A DNA stretch of 64,000 nucleotides from Nitrospirota bacterium (GCA_021790195.1 JAJYIF010000007.1:24192-88191), one strand, 5' to 3'; shown: positions 1 through 9,830, counted from the first letter of the stretch. Program-made: numbers and translations. Notes: generated from the sequence alone by a model not told the origin.

Positions 1-685
1 TCAGGTCTGCTCCTCCGCCGTGGATATCGAAGCTCTCGCCGAGGTGCTTCATGGTCATGGCAGAGCATTCGATATGCCAACCCGGCCTTCCCGGGCCCCA
101 GGGACTTTCCCATGACGGCTCTCCTTCCTTCGAAGACTTCCAGAGTGCGAAGTCCATGGGGCTCCTCTTCCTCTCGTCCACCTCGACGCGCGCCCCGGCG
201 AGCATGTCCTCGACATCTCTTTTCGAGAGCTTCCCGTAGTCGCCGAACTTCTTCACTTCAAAATAGACGTCGCCGTCGAGAACGTAGGCGTAGCCTTTTT
301 CGACGAGGCCGCGGACTATAGCTATTATCTCGGTTATGTGCTCTGTCGCCTTCGGCTCGACGTCCGCCCTCCCCACCCCGAGCCTGTCCATGTCAGCGTA
401 ATACTCATCAGTATATTTCTTTGCGACCTCGTCCCAGCGGACACCTTCCTGCCTGGCCCTGTTGATGATCTTGTCGTCGATATCGGTAAAGTTCCTGACA
501 TATTTCACGTCGAGTCCTCTGAACCGCAGATATTTCCTCATGACATCGAAAACAATGGCGCTCCTGGCATGTCCGATATGGCAAACATCGTAAACCGTGA
601 CCCCGCAGGCGTACATCCCTATCTTTCCAGGGACAAGGGGGACAATATCTTCCTTTTTGCCCGTCAGTGTGTTATAGACCCTCAT
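1..685 (-). CDS. cysS: cysteine--tRNA ligase, N-terminal ~228 codons (3' end lies beyond window start)
   Basis: The ORF leaves the window, so it is absent from the supplied track. Minus-strand translation from ATG 685..683 reads [42 protein letters not shown]...[14 protein letters not shown]...[16 protein letters not shown]...[10 protein letters not shown]. This is colinear with E. coli CysRS (HIGH region, [12 protein letters not shown]). AAGGAGG lies 5 nt upstream of the ATG. Confidence 0.93.
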   Translation of the reverse strand, partial: MRVYNTLTGKKEDIVPLVPGKIGMYACGVTVYDVCHIGHARSAIVFDVMRKYLRFRGLDVKYVRNFTDIDDKIINRARQEGVRWDEVAKKYTDEYYADMDRLGVGRADVEPKATEHITEIIAIVRGLVEKGYAYVLDGDVYFEVKKFGDYGKLSKRDVEDMLAGARVEVDERKRSPMDFALWKSSKEGEPSWESPWGPGRPGWHIECSAMTMKHLGESFDIHGGGADL

Positions 686-1333
686 TACGCCTCCTTTACC
701 CTCAATCTTCTCAATCCTCTTTTCGAGCTCGGCAACGTATTTTTCCATCTCCCTGAATTTCTCTTCGACAGGGTCCTGCATATAGACACGGGCCATGCTT
801 TCCTCCGGCCCTCCCTCCGTCATCCTCGTGATCCTCTTTTTTATGACTTTCCCCGGTACGCCTACGACTATGGCGTGGTCCGGAACAGGGTCGAGCACCA
901 CTGCATTGGCGCCTATCTTAGCATAATCGCCGACAGAAATAGCGCCGAGTATCTTGGCGCCTGTCCCGACCACGACATTATTGCCGAGAGTCGGGTGTCG
1001 CTTACCCTTTTCTTTTCCGGTCCCGCCGAGCGTGACGCCTTGATAGAGCAGACAGTTCTCCCCTATCTCGGTCGTCTCCCCTATCACCACCCCCATGCCG
1101 TGGTCGATGAAGAAACCCGGACCGATCTTTGCGGCCGGGTGGATCTCTATGCCGGTGAGAAACCTCGCCACATGGGATAGAAGGCGGGGTATGACCGGAA
1201 TCCCGGCATCCCAGATAAGATGGTTGATCCTGTGAAAGAAGATCGCATGGAAGCCCGGATAGGCGAGGACAACCTCGAACCCGTTCCTGGCGGCCGGGTC
1301 GTTCATAAATACCGCTTGGTAATCACGCTTCAT
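686..1333 (-). CDS. cysE: serine O-acetyltransferase with charged helical C-terminal tail; no stop codon before cysS ATG (in-frame)
   Basis: Minus-strand translation reads [41 protein letters not shown]...[46 protein letters not shown]...[10 protein letters not shown]. That is the short-type CysE N-terminus plus the hexapeptide-repeat core. An alternative ATG is at 1351 ([10 protein letters not shown]...). The frame was checked codon by codon from 883 to 683. Confidence 0.88.
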
Positions 1334-1617
1334 TGTAGGCCAAAATCTCATAATTATAAGGCTATTATACTATAGAGAAGAGCCCTCCCGAACAAAAAGC
1401 CCACCTGGAGACTGATGATTTGCCCGGAGAGACGGAATGTTCAGGCTGGGCGCCACACTGGGACCGGATATGTTGCAGTCCACTGCAATGATCGCATGAT
1501 TCCTCTTCAGCCTGGTTTTTGGACCCTCTTCATATTCTATTCACACATTCTGAGCTATTGTTATAGTAAATGAAATAAGATTAAATTACTCCGGAATACC
1601 GGAAAGGAGGAAACGCC

Positions 1618-3405
1618 ATGAAAAAAATGCGTTTTTTGTTACTTGCCCCATTAGTCCTAGTTTTGACATTCGCCGGGTATCTTGAGGCCGGGGTTACAGG
1701 GGTTCCCGACCATGTTCCGGCGGCGACGGTAATCGTGCCCTATTTCGAGGTGGGGATCAATAGTACAGTCGACTGCAACGACACATTGCCTATTGTCAGG
1801 AATACCGGTTCGTCGCCTGTGACTGTTCACTATCAGGTGTGGGATGAATTCGGAAATGCACTTCCGGATCTGAGCGGCAATTTTAGTCTCGGCCCGCAGG
1901 CGACGAAGACTATCACTATCAGGTATCTTATCGTTAACGCGTCTGCCGCTTCGCTGAACGAGATGACGGACGGCGCTTTCTACAGGGGCTTCATGACGTT
2001 CGACGTAGTTACTTCTTCAACCTCTTTGACTCCTAAAGCGGCCGGTTATCCTTTCGGAAACGATAATGTCCTGGAGGGGCTGGTATATTACACAAGATTG
2101 TGCCAGGGCTCTTCAAACGGGCTGCCCATGATTTCCATAGAAGCGACTCCTTCATCTTCGATGTCGGGATTTTATCAGACCTCCGACAACAGGGAGAGGA
2201 TTGATGCGGATGCCCGTTACTCCGCGGAACAGGGCGCCTTAATGCCGGCCCCGGGTAACGCCATAGGCGAAGTGGATGCCAGGGTATTTCTTGACCCTAA
2301 CAACAACGGTACCAGCAAGGTAGTCGTATTTACTTTTCCCCGGGGAGGCTACTGCGTGAGTTGCGGCCCGGGACAAATCGCCTATAAACATTATGACGAA
2401 AGTGGGAATCTTGTGGAAGATACCTCCGTCAATCTCGACCGCATAGTAAACGTCATTAATGTAACCGGCACGCAAAACGGCGACATCTCTCTCCGGAACA
2501 TCCCGGGGGGCTGGGAGACTTTTGCCTTTTCCACGAATTCTGCAAGCCCCGGATTTAATCCTGCCCTCACCTGGGATGCCATTTTTGAGGCGTCCGTTAA
2601 GGTGGCTGCCGGCGGGACCATCAGCGGCATGGCGGTTAAGGGGCCTGTGGCGGGAGCGACGGTGACGGCGTTTGCCGTAAGCAACGGCGTTGTGGGCGGC
2701 CAGATAGGAACCGGGCAGACAGACGGACAGGGTAATTTCTCAATCCCGGTCGGCAATTATGCCGGTCCCGTTTTGCTGCAGATGAAGGGCGGGACTTACA
2801 CGGACGAAGCGACCAGTGTTGTGATGTCGATGCAACCGGGCGACATGATGACGGCCGTTATCCCTTCTATATCTTCCGGTGATGCGGTGGGCGGAATCCG
2901 GATGACCCCGCTGACTTCAATGGCCCAGACGATGGCGCAGGGAATGCCGGGTGGAATGACTCCTGCAAATATCGCCACGGCTAACACCTCGGTCGGCAAT
3001 TACTTCGTGGTAAGCGACATCCTGCACGTCGCTCCGATGGACCCTTTGGTCACGGGATCCGGCAACAGCGCAGACCAGAATATGAGGAATTACGGAATGG
3101 CTATCGCCGCTATGTCACAGTATGCAAGCAGCATAGGGCTGCAGTATTCTTCGGCTATAGTAACCGCAATGATGAATGACGCTTCGGACGGACTTATGAA
3201 TGGTATGATGGGCGGCTCACCGGTGCAGATGGGAAGCGGCGGCATGATGGGCGGCAGCATGATGTCCTCCAGCGCGGGCACAAGCGGACTGGCAAATGCC
3301 ATGACGCAATTCATGAACTCGCAGATGAACAGATCCGGCCTGACCGTTCAGGAAATGCAGACGCTGATCAATAAACTCATGACCTCTAACGGAGTGATCC
3401 AATAG
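1618..3405 (+). CDS. secreted protein: unknown N-terminal domain, carboxypeptidase-regulatory-like beta-sandwich, Met/Gly-rich C-terminal tail
   Basis: GGAGG lies before the ATG and the signal peptide is MKKMRFLLLAPLVLVLTFAGYLEAG. The segment ISGMAVKGPVAGATVTAFAV...GQTDGQGNFSIPVGNYAGPVLLQMKGGTY resembles CarboxypepD_reg-type domains. The tail contains runs such as MMNDASDGLMNGMMGGSPVQMGSGGMMGGSMM. Confidence 0.8.
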   Translation: MKKMRFLLLAPLVLVLTFAGYLEAGVTGVPDHVPAATVIVPYFEVGINSTVDCNDTLPIVRNTGSSPVTVHYQVWDEFGNALPDLSGNFSLGPQATKTITIRYLIVNASAASLNEMTDGAFYRGFMTFDVVTSSTSLTPKAAGYPFGNDNVLEGLVYYTRLCQGSSNGLPMISIEATPSSSMSGFYQTSDNRERIDADARYSAEQGALMPAPGNAIGEVDARVFLDPNNNGTSKVVVFTFPRGGYCVSCGPGQIAYKHYDESGNLVEDTSVNLDRIVNVINVTGTQNGDISLRNIPGGWETFAFSTNSASPGFNPALTWDAIFEASVKVAAGGTISGMAVKGPVAGATVTAFAVSNGVVGGQIGTGQTDGQGNFSIPVGNYAGPVLLQMKGGTYTDEATSVVMSMQPGDMMTAVIPSISSGDAVGGIRMTPLTSMAQTMAQGMPGGMTPANIATANTSVGNYFVVSDILHVAPMDPLVTGSGNSADQNMRNYGMAIAAMSQYASSIGLQYSSAIVTAMMNDASDGLMNGMMGGSPVQMGSGGMMGGSMMSSSAGTSGLANAMTQFMNSQMNRSGLTVQEMQTLINKLMTSNGVIQ

Positions 3406-3411
3406 ACAAAT

Positions 3412-3448
3412 ATGAGTCGGATGGAAGCAAGTCTTCCATCCGACTCAT
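3412..3448 (+). terminator. perfect 16-bp hairpin after the 1618..3405 gene (possible terminator, weak U-tract)
   Basis: ATGAGTCGGATGGAAG-caagt-CTTCCATCCGACTCAT begins 7 nt after the stop codon. Only TT follows the stem. Confidence 0.5.
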
Positions 3449-3550
3449 TTCCGTAGCCAGAGCCTCGCATTTTGAGCCCGTCATAATTGTTCCCGCCATA
3501 AAGACCCGCCTCAAACGTTATAATATGAAAAAACCCAAAGGAGCGCGGTT

Positions 3551-3994
3551 ATGAAAAAGGTAGAGACAGGAGACACGGTCGTAATCAATTACGTGGGGAA
3601 ACTCGAAGACGGAGCGGTGTTCGGCTCCACCGAAGACAAATCCCCCCTGGAATTTACAGTGGGCGAGGGAGAAGTCGTGCAGGGACTTGAACAGGGCGTG
3701 ATAGGGATGGCGCCCGGAGAATCGAGGTCGATTACTGTGTCCATGAAAAAAGGTTACGGCCCTTCCATCAAAGAAAGGATACGCGAATTCGACAATGCGC
3801 GAGTCTCACAGGATTTCAGACCTGAAGTGGGACAACGCATGCAGATGCACCGTGCAGACGGACTGCCTTTCATGGGGACCGTCATCGCCGTCTCCGAAAC
3901 CTCGTTTACCGTGGATTACAATCATCCTCTTGCGGGAAAGACGCTGATATTCGAGACAACGCTTCTGGAAATCTTCCCGAAGACTGAACAATAG
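3551..3994 (+). CDS. FKBP-type peptidyl-prolyl cis-trans isomerase (SlyD-like)
   Basis: MKKVETGDTVVINYVGKLEDGAVFGST...PLEFTVGEGEVVQGLEQGVIGMAPGESRSITV is the typical FKBP/SlyD core, and an insert-in-flap region follows it. Confidence 0.85.
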   Translation: MKKVETGDTVVINYVGKLEDGAVFGSTEDKSPLEFTVGEGEVVQGLEQGVIGMAPGESRSITVSMKKGYGPSIKERIREFDNARVSQDFRPEVGQRMQMHRADGLPFMGTVIAVSETSFTVDYNHPLAGKTLIFETTLLEIFPKTEQ

Positions 3995-4019
3995 AGAACA
4001 GTCGCTCCCCTTTCCCTCT

Positions 4020-5132
4020 ATGCAAAAGGTCGTCTTAAGAAAAGCATCATATAATTACGAAACGCTCAGGCCCGCGATCTTCGACGTCATGTCAGCCCTT
4101 GACAACGGACGGATATCAAAAGGACGGCTGGTCCTTATCAAGCCGAACCTTCTGGCCCCTGCAACGCCCGAGAGGGCGATGGTCACTCATCCCCTTGTAC
4201 TAAAGGCTGTCGCGGAATATGTGCATGAAAAGGGCGGCAATATCCAGGTCTCGGACAGCCCTGCGATGGGCTCCTTTGAGAAGGTCCTCAAAGAAAGCGG
4301 CATCAGAAAAGCCCTCGAGGATTTTCCCGTGGACTTCAGGGAATTCAGGAATTCTGCCGAGGTCTCAGTCGGCGAGCCGTTCAAGAAGATTGAGATTGCC
4401 GAAGATGCTCTAAGCGCGGATGTCGTGATCAATGTACCGAAATTAAAGACCCATACACAGATGCTCCTTACCCTCGGAGTAAAGAACCTCTTCGGCTGCA
4501 TAGTGGGACTGAGAAAACCGGAGTGGCATTTCAGGGCGGGTGTTGAGAAAGAGCGCTTCGCCCAGCTCCTGCTCCAGATATACAAGACAATTCGTCCTTC
4601 CATAACGATCATGGATGGCGTCCTCGCCCTGGAAGGGCAGGGACCTGGAAGGGGCGGGACACCAAGGGAATTGGGATTGATAATGGGAAGCTCAGATGCA
4701 GTTGCCCTGGACGTTACGGTAACGCGACTGCTCGGCCTTGAGCCCAGTACGCTCCTCACAAACAAGGTCGCCGCCGACATGGGTCTTTACCCGGGGGAGA
4801 TTGATGTCGATGGGGATGCGCCGGTCATACGGGATTTCAAGCTGCCGGTAATAGGCCCCGTGATTTTCGGACCGCCCTCGCTTCACGGTTTCATGCGCAG
4901 GCACTTCATACAAAGACCGGACGTTAACGACCGCCTGTGCAAGCAATGCGGAGAGTGCTGGAAATATTGTCCCGCCGAGGCAATAAGTCCTGAAGGGAAG
5001 AAGGTCGGCTTCGATTATGATCGATGCATCAGGTGTTTCTGCTGTATCGAGGTCTGTCCCCACGGCGCGTTGAAGGCAGCGGAGACGCTGCCCGGAAAGT
5101 TCCTGAGAAAGATCACAAAACGTCATAGATAA
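4020..5132 (+). CDS. DUF362 domain protein with C-terminal 2x[4Fe-4S] ferredoxin motif
   Basis: The N-terminal layout is DUF362-like. The C-terminus carries CKQCGECWKYCP ... CIRCFCCIEVCP, two CxxCxxCxxxCP motifs. Confidence 0.7.
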   Translation: MQKVVLRKASYNYETLRPAIFDVMSALDNGRISKGRLVLIKPNLLAPATPERAMVTHPLVLKAVAEYVHEKGGNIQVSDSPAMGSFEKVLKESGIRKALEDFPVDFREFRNSAEVSVGEPFKKIEIAEDALSADVVINVPKLKTHTQMLLTLGVKNLFGCIVGLRKPEWHFRAGVEKERFAQLLLQIYKTIRPSITIMDGVLALEGQGPGRGGTPRELGLIMGSSDAVALDVTVTRLLGLEPSTLLTNKVAADMGLYPGEIDVDGDAPVIRDFKLPVIGPVIFGPPSLHGFMRRHFIQRPDVNDRLCKQCGECWKYCPAEAISPEGKKVGFDYDRCIRCFCCIEVCPHGALKAAETLPGKFLRKITKRHR

Positions 5133-5160
5133 AAAGGAGAGTCTGTCCTACAATAGTATC

Positions 5161-7266
5161 ATGGTTAATAAAGAAACCGTCCTTTCTTTTTTCCGTGAGA
5201 AGACAAGGAAACCTCTGAGCTACAAGGAGATCGTTTCCCTGATGCGTCTCAGTCATCCGGAAGCGAGGGCGCTGAAGCGTATCCTCCGGCAGATGATGAG
5301 AGAAGGCGAAATAGTGATGACGAGGAAAGGCCTCTACGGTCCCGCCGGAGACATGAACCTTATCACCGGGCGTTTCGAGGCGCATGGAGACGGCTACGGC
5401 TTTGTGGTTCTCGAAAAGCCCGGAGAGAGGGACATCTTCGTTCCGGCCAGATGGACCATGGGGGCCATGGACAACGACAGGGTCATTGTGAGAATCGAGA
5501 ACCGGCAGAGGCGGGAGGGAAGGATCATCAGGATCCTCGACAGGGCGACCACGAGGATCGTGGGGAGACTAGATGTGACAAAGAAGGCCGCCTACGTGAG
5601 GCCGATAAACAAGTCGGTCCGCTTCGACCTCTACGTCTCTCCGGGAGATATGAATAAGGCGCGGCAGGGCGACAAAGTCGTGGCGGAGATAGTCTCCTTT
5701 CCGACCGACACAAGGCCCCCGTCCGGAAAAATCGTCAAGGTGCTCGGTATGACCGAAGACCCGAGATCTGAGGTGGAGGCCATCATCGAGGAGTTCAACG
5801 TCCCTAAGAGATTTCCGAGGGGCGTTCATGAGGATGCGAAGCTACTTCAGGCGCAAACTTTTCAAGGCAGAGGGCCTGCAGTGGCCGGAGACAAGAGGAG
5901 AGACCTGAGAGACCTTTCAACCGTAACCATCGACGGCGAGCGGGCAAGGGACTTTGATGATGCCGTCTCTATCGATCTCACTGAACACGGATACAGGCTG
6001 TGGGTCCATATCGCAGATGTGGGCTTCTACGTAGCCTGGGACTCCGTAATCGATCTCGAAGCGAGAAAGAGGGGCACAAGCATCTATTTCCCGGACCGGG
6101 TCATCCCCATGCTGCCGAAGGAGCTTTCGGAGGACCTCTGCAGTCTCAAACCGCAAGTGGAAAGGTTATCCTTTACTGTCGAGATGGACTTTGACCGTTA
6201 TGGACAGAGGCTCGCGGCCAAATATTACCCGGGCGTGATTAAGAGCGACGAGAGAATGACCTATACCTCCGTCAGGAAGATCCTCGTCGACAACGACAGA
6301 CGGGAGAGGGAGAAATACGATTACCTTCTGCGGGAATTCGAGATAATGAACGAGTTGTGCAATGTCCTGAGGGAAAAAAGACTCAAGAGGGGCAGTCTCG
6401 ATTTCGACCTCCCCGAGCCTGAGGTGCTGCTGGACATCCAGGGGAGACCTGAGACTATCGTGAAGGCCGAGAGGAACCTTGCGCATATGATAATAGAAGA
6501 GTTCATGATAGCCGCAAACGAGGCAGTGGCCGAGCATCTAGAATCGGTCGGTGTCCCCAGCTTGTACAGAATCCACGAGGAGCCGGACCCTGTAAAGCTT
6601 GAAGGCATCGTAAAGGTCATTAAACCCGGGACTCGGACGAGAAAAAACCTTAAGCCCGCAGACTTCTCAAAACTGCTCGTCGAGATCAAAGGGACCCCCT
6701 CTGAGGAGATAATTAATTACATGGTGCTGCGGAGCCTGAAGCAGGCGAGATATTCTCCCCACAATGTCGGACATTTCGGTCTCGCCTCAAAATGTTACAC
6801 CCACTTCACCTCTCCCATCAGGAGGTATCCCGATCTTGTGGTCCATAGAATATTAAGGGAAGTCTTGACAAAAAGACATCTTTCCGACAAACGGGTGAAG
6901 GACCTCGAAAGCCTGCTGCCCGATATCGCCTTTCACTCTTCGAGGACGGAAAGGCTTGCCGACGAGGCCGAAAGAGAAGTAGTGGACGCAATGAGGGTCT
7001 GGTTCATGAAAGACAAGGTCGGGGAGGAATACAGTGGCATGGTAGTCGGGATAACGCCGTTCGGACTGAAGGTGAGATTGAACGACTTCTACGTCGAGGG
7101 CTTCATACACGTCTCTTATATGACCGACGACTTTTACAGCTACAACGAGAGAACGGTTTCACTCTTCGGAAGGAATACGGGAAAGACCTTCAGGATAGGA
7201 GATGAGATCAAGGTACGTACCGACAGGGTTGATATGGAAGAAAGAGAGATCCTTTTCGGACTATAA
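5161..7266 (+). CDS. rnr: ribonuclease R
   Basis: 701 aa. The RNB catalytic region reads TIDGERARDFDDAVS...YFPDRVIPMLP. The C-terminal S1 domain reads YSGMVVGITPFGLKVRLNDFYVEGFIHVS. Confidence 0.92.
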   Translation: MVNKETVLSFFREKTRKPLSYKEIVSLMRLSHPEARALKRILRQMMREGEIVMTRKGLYGPAGDMNLITGRFEAHGDGYGFVVLEKPGERDIFVPARWTMGAMDNDRVIVRIENRQRREGRIIRILDRATTRIVGRLDVTKKAAYVRPINKSVRFDLYVSPGDMNKARQGDKVVAEIVSFPTDTRPPSGKIVKVLGMTEDPRSEVEAIIEEFNVPKRFPRGVHEDAKLLQAQTFQGRGPAVAGDKRRDLRDLSTVTIDGERARDFDDAVSIDLTEHGYRLWVHIADVGFYVAWDSVIDLEARKRGTSIYFPDRVIPMLPKELSEDLCSLKPQVERLSFTVEMDFDRYGQRLAAKYYPGVIKSDERMTYTSVRKILVDNDRREREKYDYLLREFEIMNELCNVLREKRLKRGSLDFDLPEPEVLLDIQGRPETIVKAERNLAHMIIEEFMIAANEAVAEHLESVGVPSLYRIHEEPDPVKLEGIVKVIKPGTRTRKNLKPADFSKLLVEIKGTPSEEIINYMVLRSLKQARYSPHNVGHFGLASKCYTHFTSPIRRYPDLVVHRILREVLTKRHLSDKRVKDLESLLPDIAFHSSRTERLADEAEREVVDAMRVWFMKDKVGEEYSGMVVGITPFGLKVRLNDFYVEGFIHVSYMTDDFYSYNERTVSLFGRNTGKTFRIGDEIKVRTDRVDMEEREILFGL

Positions 7267-7271
7267 AACAC

Positions 7272-9224
7272 TCACTTCAGGCCGGCCTTGCCCAGGGCGT
7301 CCAGCTCACGCTTCAACATGGCAGGATCTTTGAAAGGGAGGGCCGACCTCATCTTTTCGACAGAGAATTGCGGATTGAGACGCATAATCTCCGCCGCCTC
7401 AGCGTTCGCCTCTTCCTGCCGCCCCATCTCCGCATAGCAGACGGCGAGACTCCAGTGAACAGGTATGGCATTGGGAATAAGAGCGAGCGCCTTCTTCAGC
7501 GCGGCAACCGCCTTTTCGTACTGTCCCACCCGCTGATAGGCAACACCTAATTCCAATAAATACGCGGGTCTGTAGCGAGGGTTGAGACGCATGGCCTTCT
7601 CTATCAATCCGATGGCTTCCTGAGACCGTCCGGCCCAGCTCAGAATGAATCCCAGGGCCCTGTAGCCCTCTGCGGAATTGGGGTTTAGCGCGACAGCCCG
7701 CTCCGCTTCGGCGATGGCTTGGTCATGCTGACGCTTATACAGATAAGTCCATGCCAGTGATTCGTGCGCTATGGGAAGGGAGGGATCAAGCGCAACAGCC
7801 TTGCGCGCGGACTCGCTCCATCGCTCCAGGACCTGCTGGGTCGGGTCCCACTGGTAGAGCCAGTCGCTGAAATAGGTTATACTCAGGCCTGCGTACGCCT
7901 CGGCATACTGAGGGTCCAGCTCGATCGCCTTTTCAAACATTTTTCTGGCCTGGGCGCTCGCCTCTTTGCTGGTTTCGCGGAATGCGCGAAGCTGAGACTC
8001 CCACCCGCGCAAATTGAAGTCATAAGCGTTAAGGTTTTCCGTGGGAACACGCCGCACCCTCTGCAACTCCGCCTCCTGGACCTCTACCCGCAGATTTGAA
8101 ACGATCTGCCGCACGATCTCATCCTGCAGGGCGAAGATGTCTTTCATGGGACGGTCATAGTGCTCGGACCATAAGTGACCGCCGGTGGTGCCGTCAATCA
8201 GCTGTGCCGTGACGCGGAGCTGATCTCCGGCTCTTCTCACGCTGCCCTCCAATATATACCGCACTCCGAGCTCTTTGCTCACGTCCTGCGCCTTCACAGC
8301 CTTGCCCTTGTAAGTGAAAGCAGAGTTGCGGGCTATGACAAAGAGACTGGAAAGCTTGGAAAGGTCGGTCGTGATGTCTTCGGTGACCCCATCGCTGAAA
8401 TACTCCTGCTTCGGATCTCCGCTCATGTTCAGGAAAGGCAGCACGACGATCGAAGGCTTGTCCGGCAGCGATAGCGCCCCCTGACTTCGCATCAAAGGTT
8501 TCGAAGTGCGAAATGGGGAGAGGGAGGGAAACCAAAGGATGGCGACCCCGCCGGCGATGAGCAGTCCCATCACAACCAGCGCAACCCCGACAAGGCGGCC
8601 GACCCGATGAGAGAGCTTCAACCTTTGTACCTTCAGGGTGCGGCGTATGCCCTTTGGGGGCCCGGGCAGCAGCTCATACACCTGGAACCGCTCGACAATA
8701 TTCTTCATCTGGGGCCGCCCCAGCGACACCACTACGCCGAGGGAGACTTTTTTGGCGACGTCCCTATAGACGATATCGGAAATGCAGATGGTGTCGGGCT
8801 CTGCGAGTCCCTGCAGGCGGGAAGCGATGTTCACTCCGTCGCCGAACACGTCGTCATCCCGCTGAACAATATCGCCGGAGTGAATGCCGATGCGGACATG
8901 GATCTGCTCGGACCTTTCCTTCTCCGCGTTATAGGTCCGGAGCCGGTCTTGAATACGCTGTGCGCACTGCACAGCGCTGACGACCGAGGGAAAGTCCACC
9001 AGAAAGGCGTCACCCACAGTCTTGATCACACGGCCGTGATCTTCGCTTACGGCCTGGTGAATGATCTTGTTATGGGTCTCCAGCAGACGCAGCATACGGG
9101 CTTCGTCCGCGCCCATTTGACGGCTGTAGCCGACGATGTCTGTGAACATGATCGCCGCCAGCCGACGGGTCCCGTTTTGCGGAAGGTCAGGGTCAGATCT
9201 TGTTTCGTGCATTTCCCGCTCCAC
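7272..9224 (-). CDS. class III adenylate/guanylate cyclase - TM - TolB-N-like - TPR multidomain protein
   Basis: The cyclase core reads LAAIMFTDIVGYSRQMG...IKTVGDAFLVDF...VRIGIHSGDIV...GDGVNIASRL. A TM helix follows, then SIVVLPFLNMSGDPKQEYFSDGVTEDITTDL, then C-terminal TPR repeats. Confidence 0.85.
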   Translation of the reverse strand: MEREMHETRSDPDLPQNGTRRLAAIMFTDIVGYSRQMGADEARMLRLLETHNKIIHQAVSEDHGRVIKTVGDAFLVDFPSVVSAVQCAQRIQDRLRTYNAEKERSEQIHVRIGIHSGDIVQRDDDVFGDGVNIASRLQGLAEPDTICISDIVYRDVAKKVSLGVVVSLGRPQMKNIVERFQVYELLPGPPKGIRRTLKVQRLKLSHRVGRLVGVALVVMGLLIAGGVAILWFPSLSPFRTSKPLMRSQGALSLPDKPSIVVLPFLNMSGDPKQEYFSDGVTEDITTDLSKLSSLFVIARNSAFTYKGKAVKAQDVSKELGVRYILEGSVRRAGDQLRVTAQLIDGTTGGHLWSEHYDRPMKDIFALQDEIVRQIVSNLRVEVQEAELQRVRRVPTENLNAYDFNLRGWESQLRAFRETSKEASAQARKMFEKAIELDPQYAEAYAGLSITYFSDWLYQWDPTQQVLERWSESARKAVALDPSLPIAHESLAWTYLYKRQHDQAIAEAERAVALNPNSAEGYRALGFILSWAGRSQEAIGLIEKAMRLNPRYRPAYLLELGVAYQRVGQYEKAVAALKKALALIPNAIPVHWSLAVCYAEMGRQEEANAEAAEIMRLNPQFSVEKMRSALPFKDPAMLKRELDALGKAGLK

Positions 9225-9470
9225 GCGTTACCCCTCGCCGTAATGTGATACACTGCCCCGTCAAACTCTATCCGTAATGTCTCGCTATGCCCTCAGTTTA
9301 CCATATCGGCATTTTGCATGAAACAAGACCGTCTCTCTTTCTCAGGCCAACTGTCATGCGGGGCAGGTGTTCAGAAGTAAGCAGAGGGCATATGGGATTA
9401 TCTTCCGGCAAGGGTGCCTTTAGGGGCAGCGCCCCTTGTGACATCAAACATCAATCGAAAGTACGTGGCC

Positions 9471-9722
9471 TTACATCTCGAAAATCAATCCCACCACGAA
9501 AAACCCGTCCAGCAGCTCCTCGATCCATTGGACGATGAATCTTTGGTGTGGGGTGGGGAGGGGGCTCTTGACCGAGATCCTGTCGCCCTCGGAAAGCGGG
9601 CAGTATGAGTAAACGCGCATGCCGCCGTCGCAAAGATTGACCGCAATACCCTTCATGGTCTGACCGTTCTCAGACGGGTCCTTGGTAAATTCTATAGGAG
9701 CGAAAAGCAGTCTGCGGTTCAT
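9471..9722 (-). CDS. small PilZ-like domain protein (degenerate motifs)
   Basis: 83 aa. GIAVNLCDGGMRVYS resembles the PilZ (D/N)xSxxG motif. The N-terminus has RR but no clear RxxxR. Confidence 0.4.
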   Translation of the reverse strand: MNRRLLFAPIEFTKDPSENGQTMKGIAVNLCDGGMRVYSYCPLSEGDRISVKSPLPTPHQRFIVQWIEELLDGFFVVGLIFEM

Positions 9723-9830
9723 GTCTCATGCTATAAGAGAGAGGGGCCGATGTAAATACCCACATCGGGGTATTTTGGGGGGACACGACGGTCGCGCACA
9801 GTAAGTCGGGGTGTTGCTTCAAAACGCCTC

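Noticed and set aside
338-1180. 280-aa plus-strand ORF from the track
   Set aside because: It is antisense to clearly recognisable cysE and cysS coding sequence on the minus strand, and its translation has no family resemblance. It is a typical high-G+C shadow ORF.
1334-1617. Possible T-box leader upstream of cysE, as in the Firmicutes cysE-cysS operon
   Set aside because: I found no T-box consensus (AAUUAGGGUGGUACCGCG-like) and no specifier/antiterminator architecture on the minus strand. TATAAT-like hexamers lie only about 15-45 nt from the start codons, which leaves no room for a leader.
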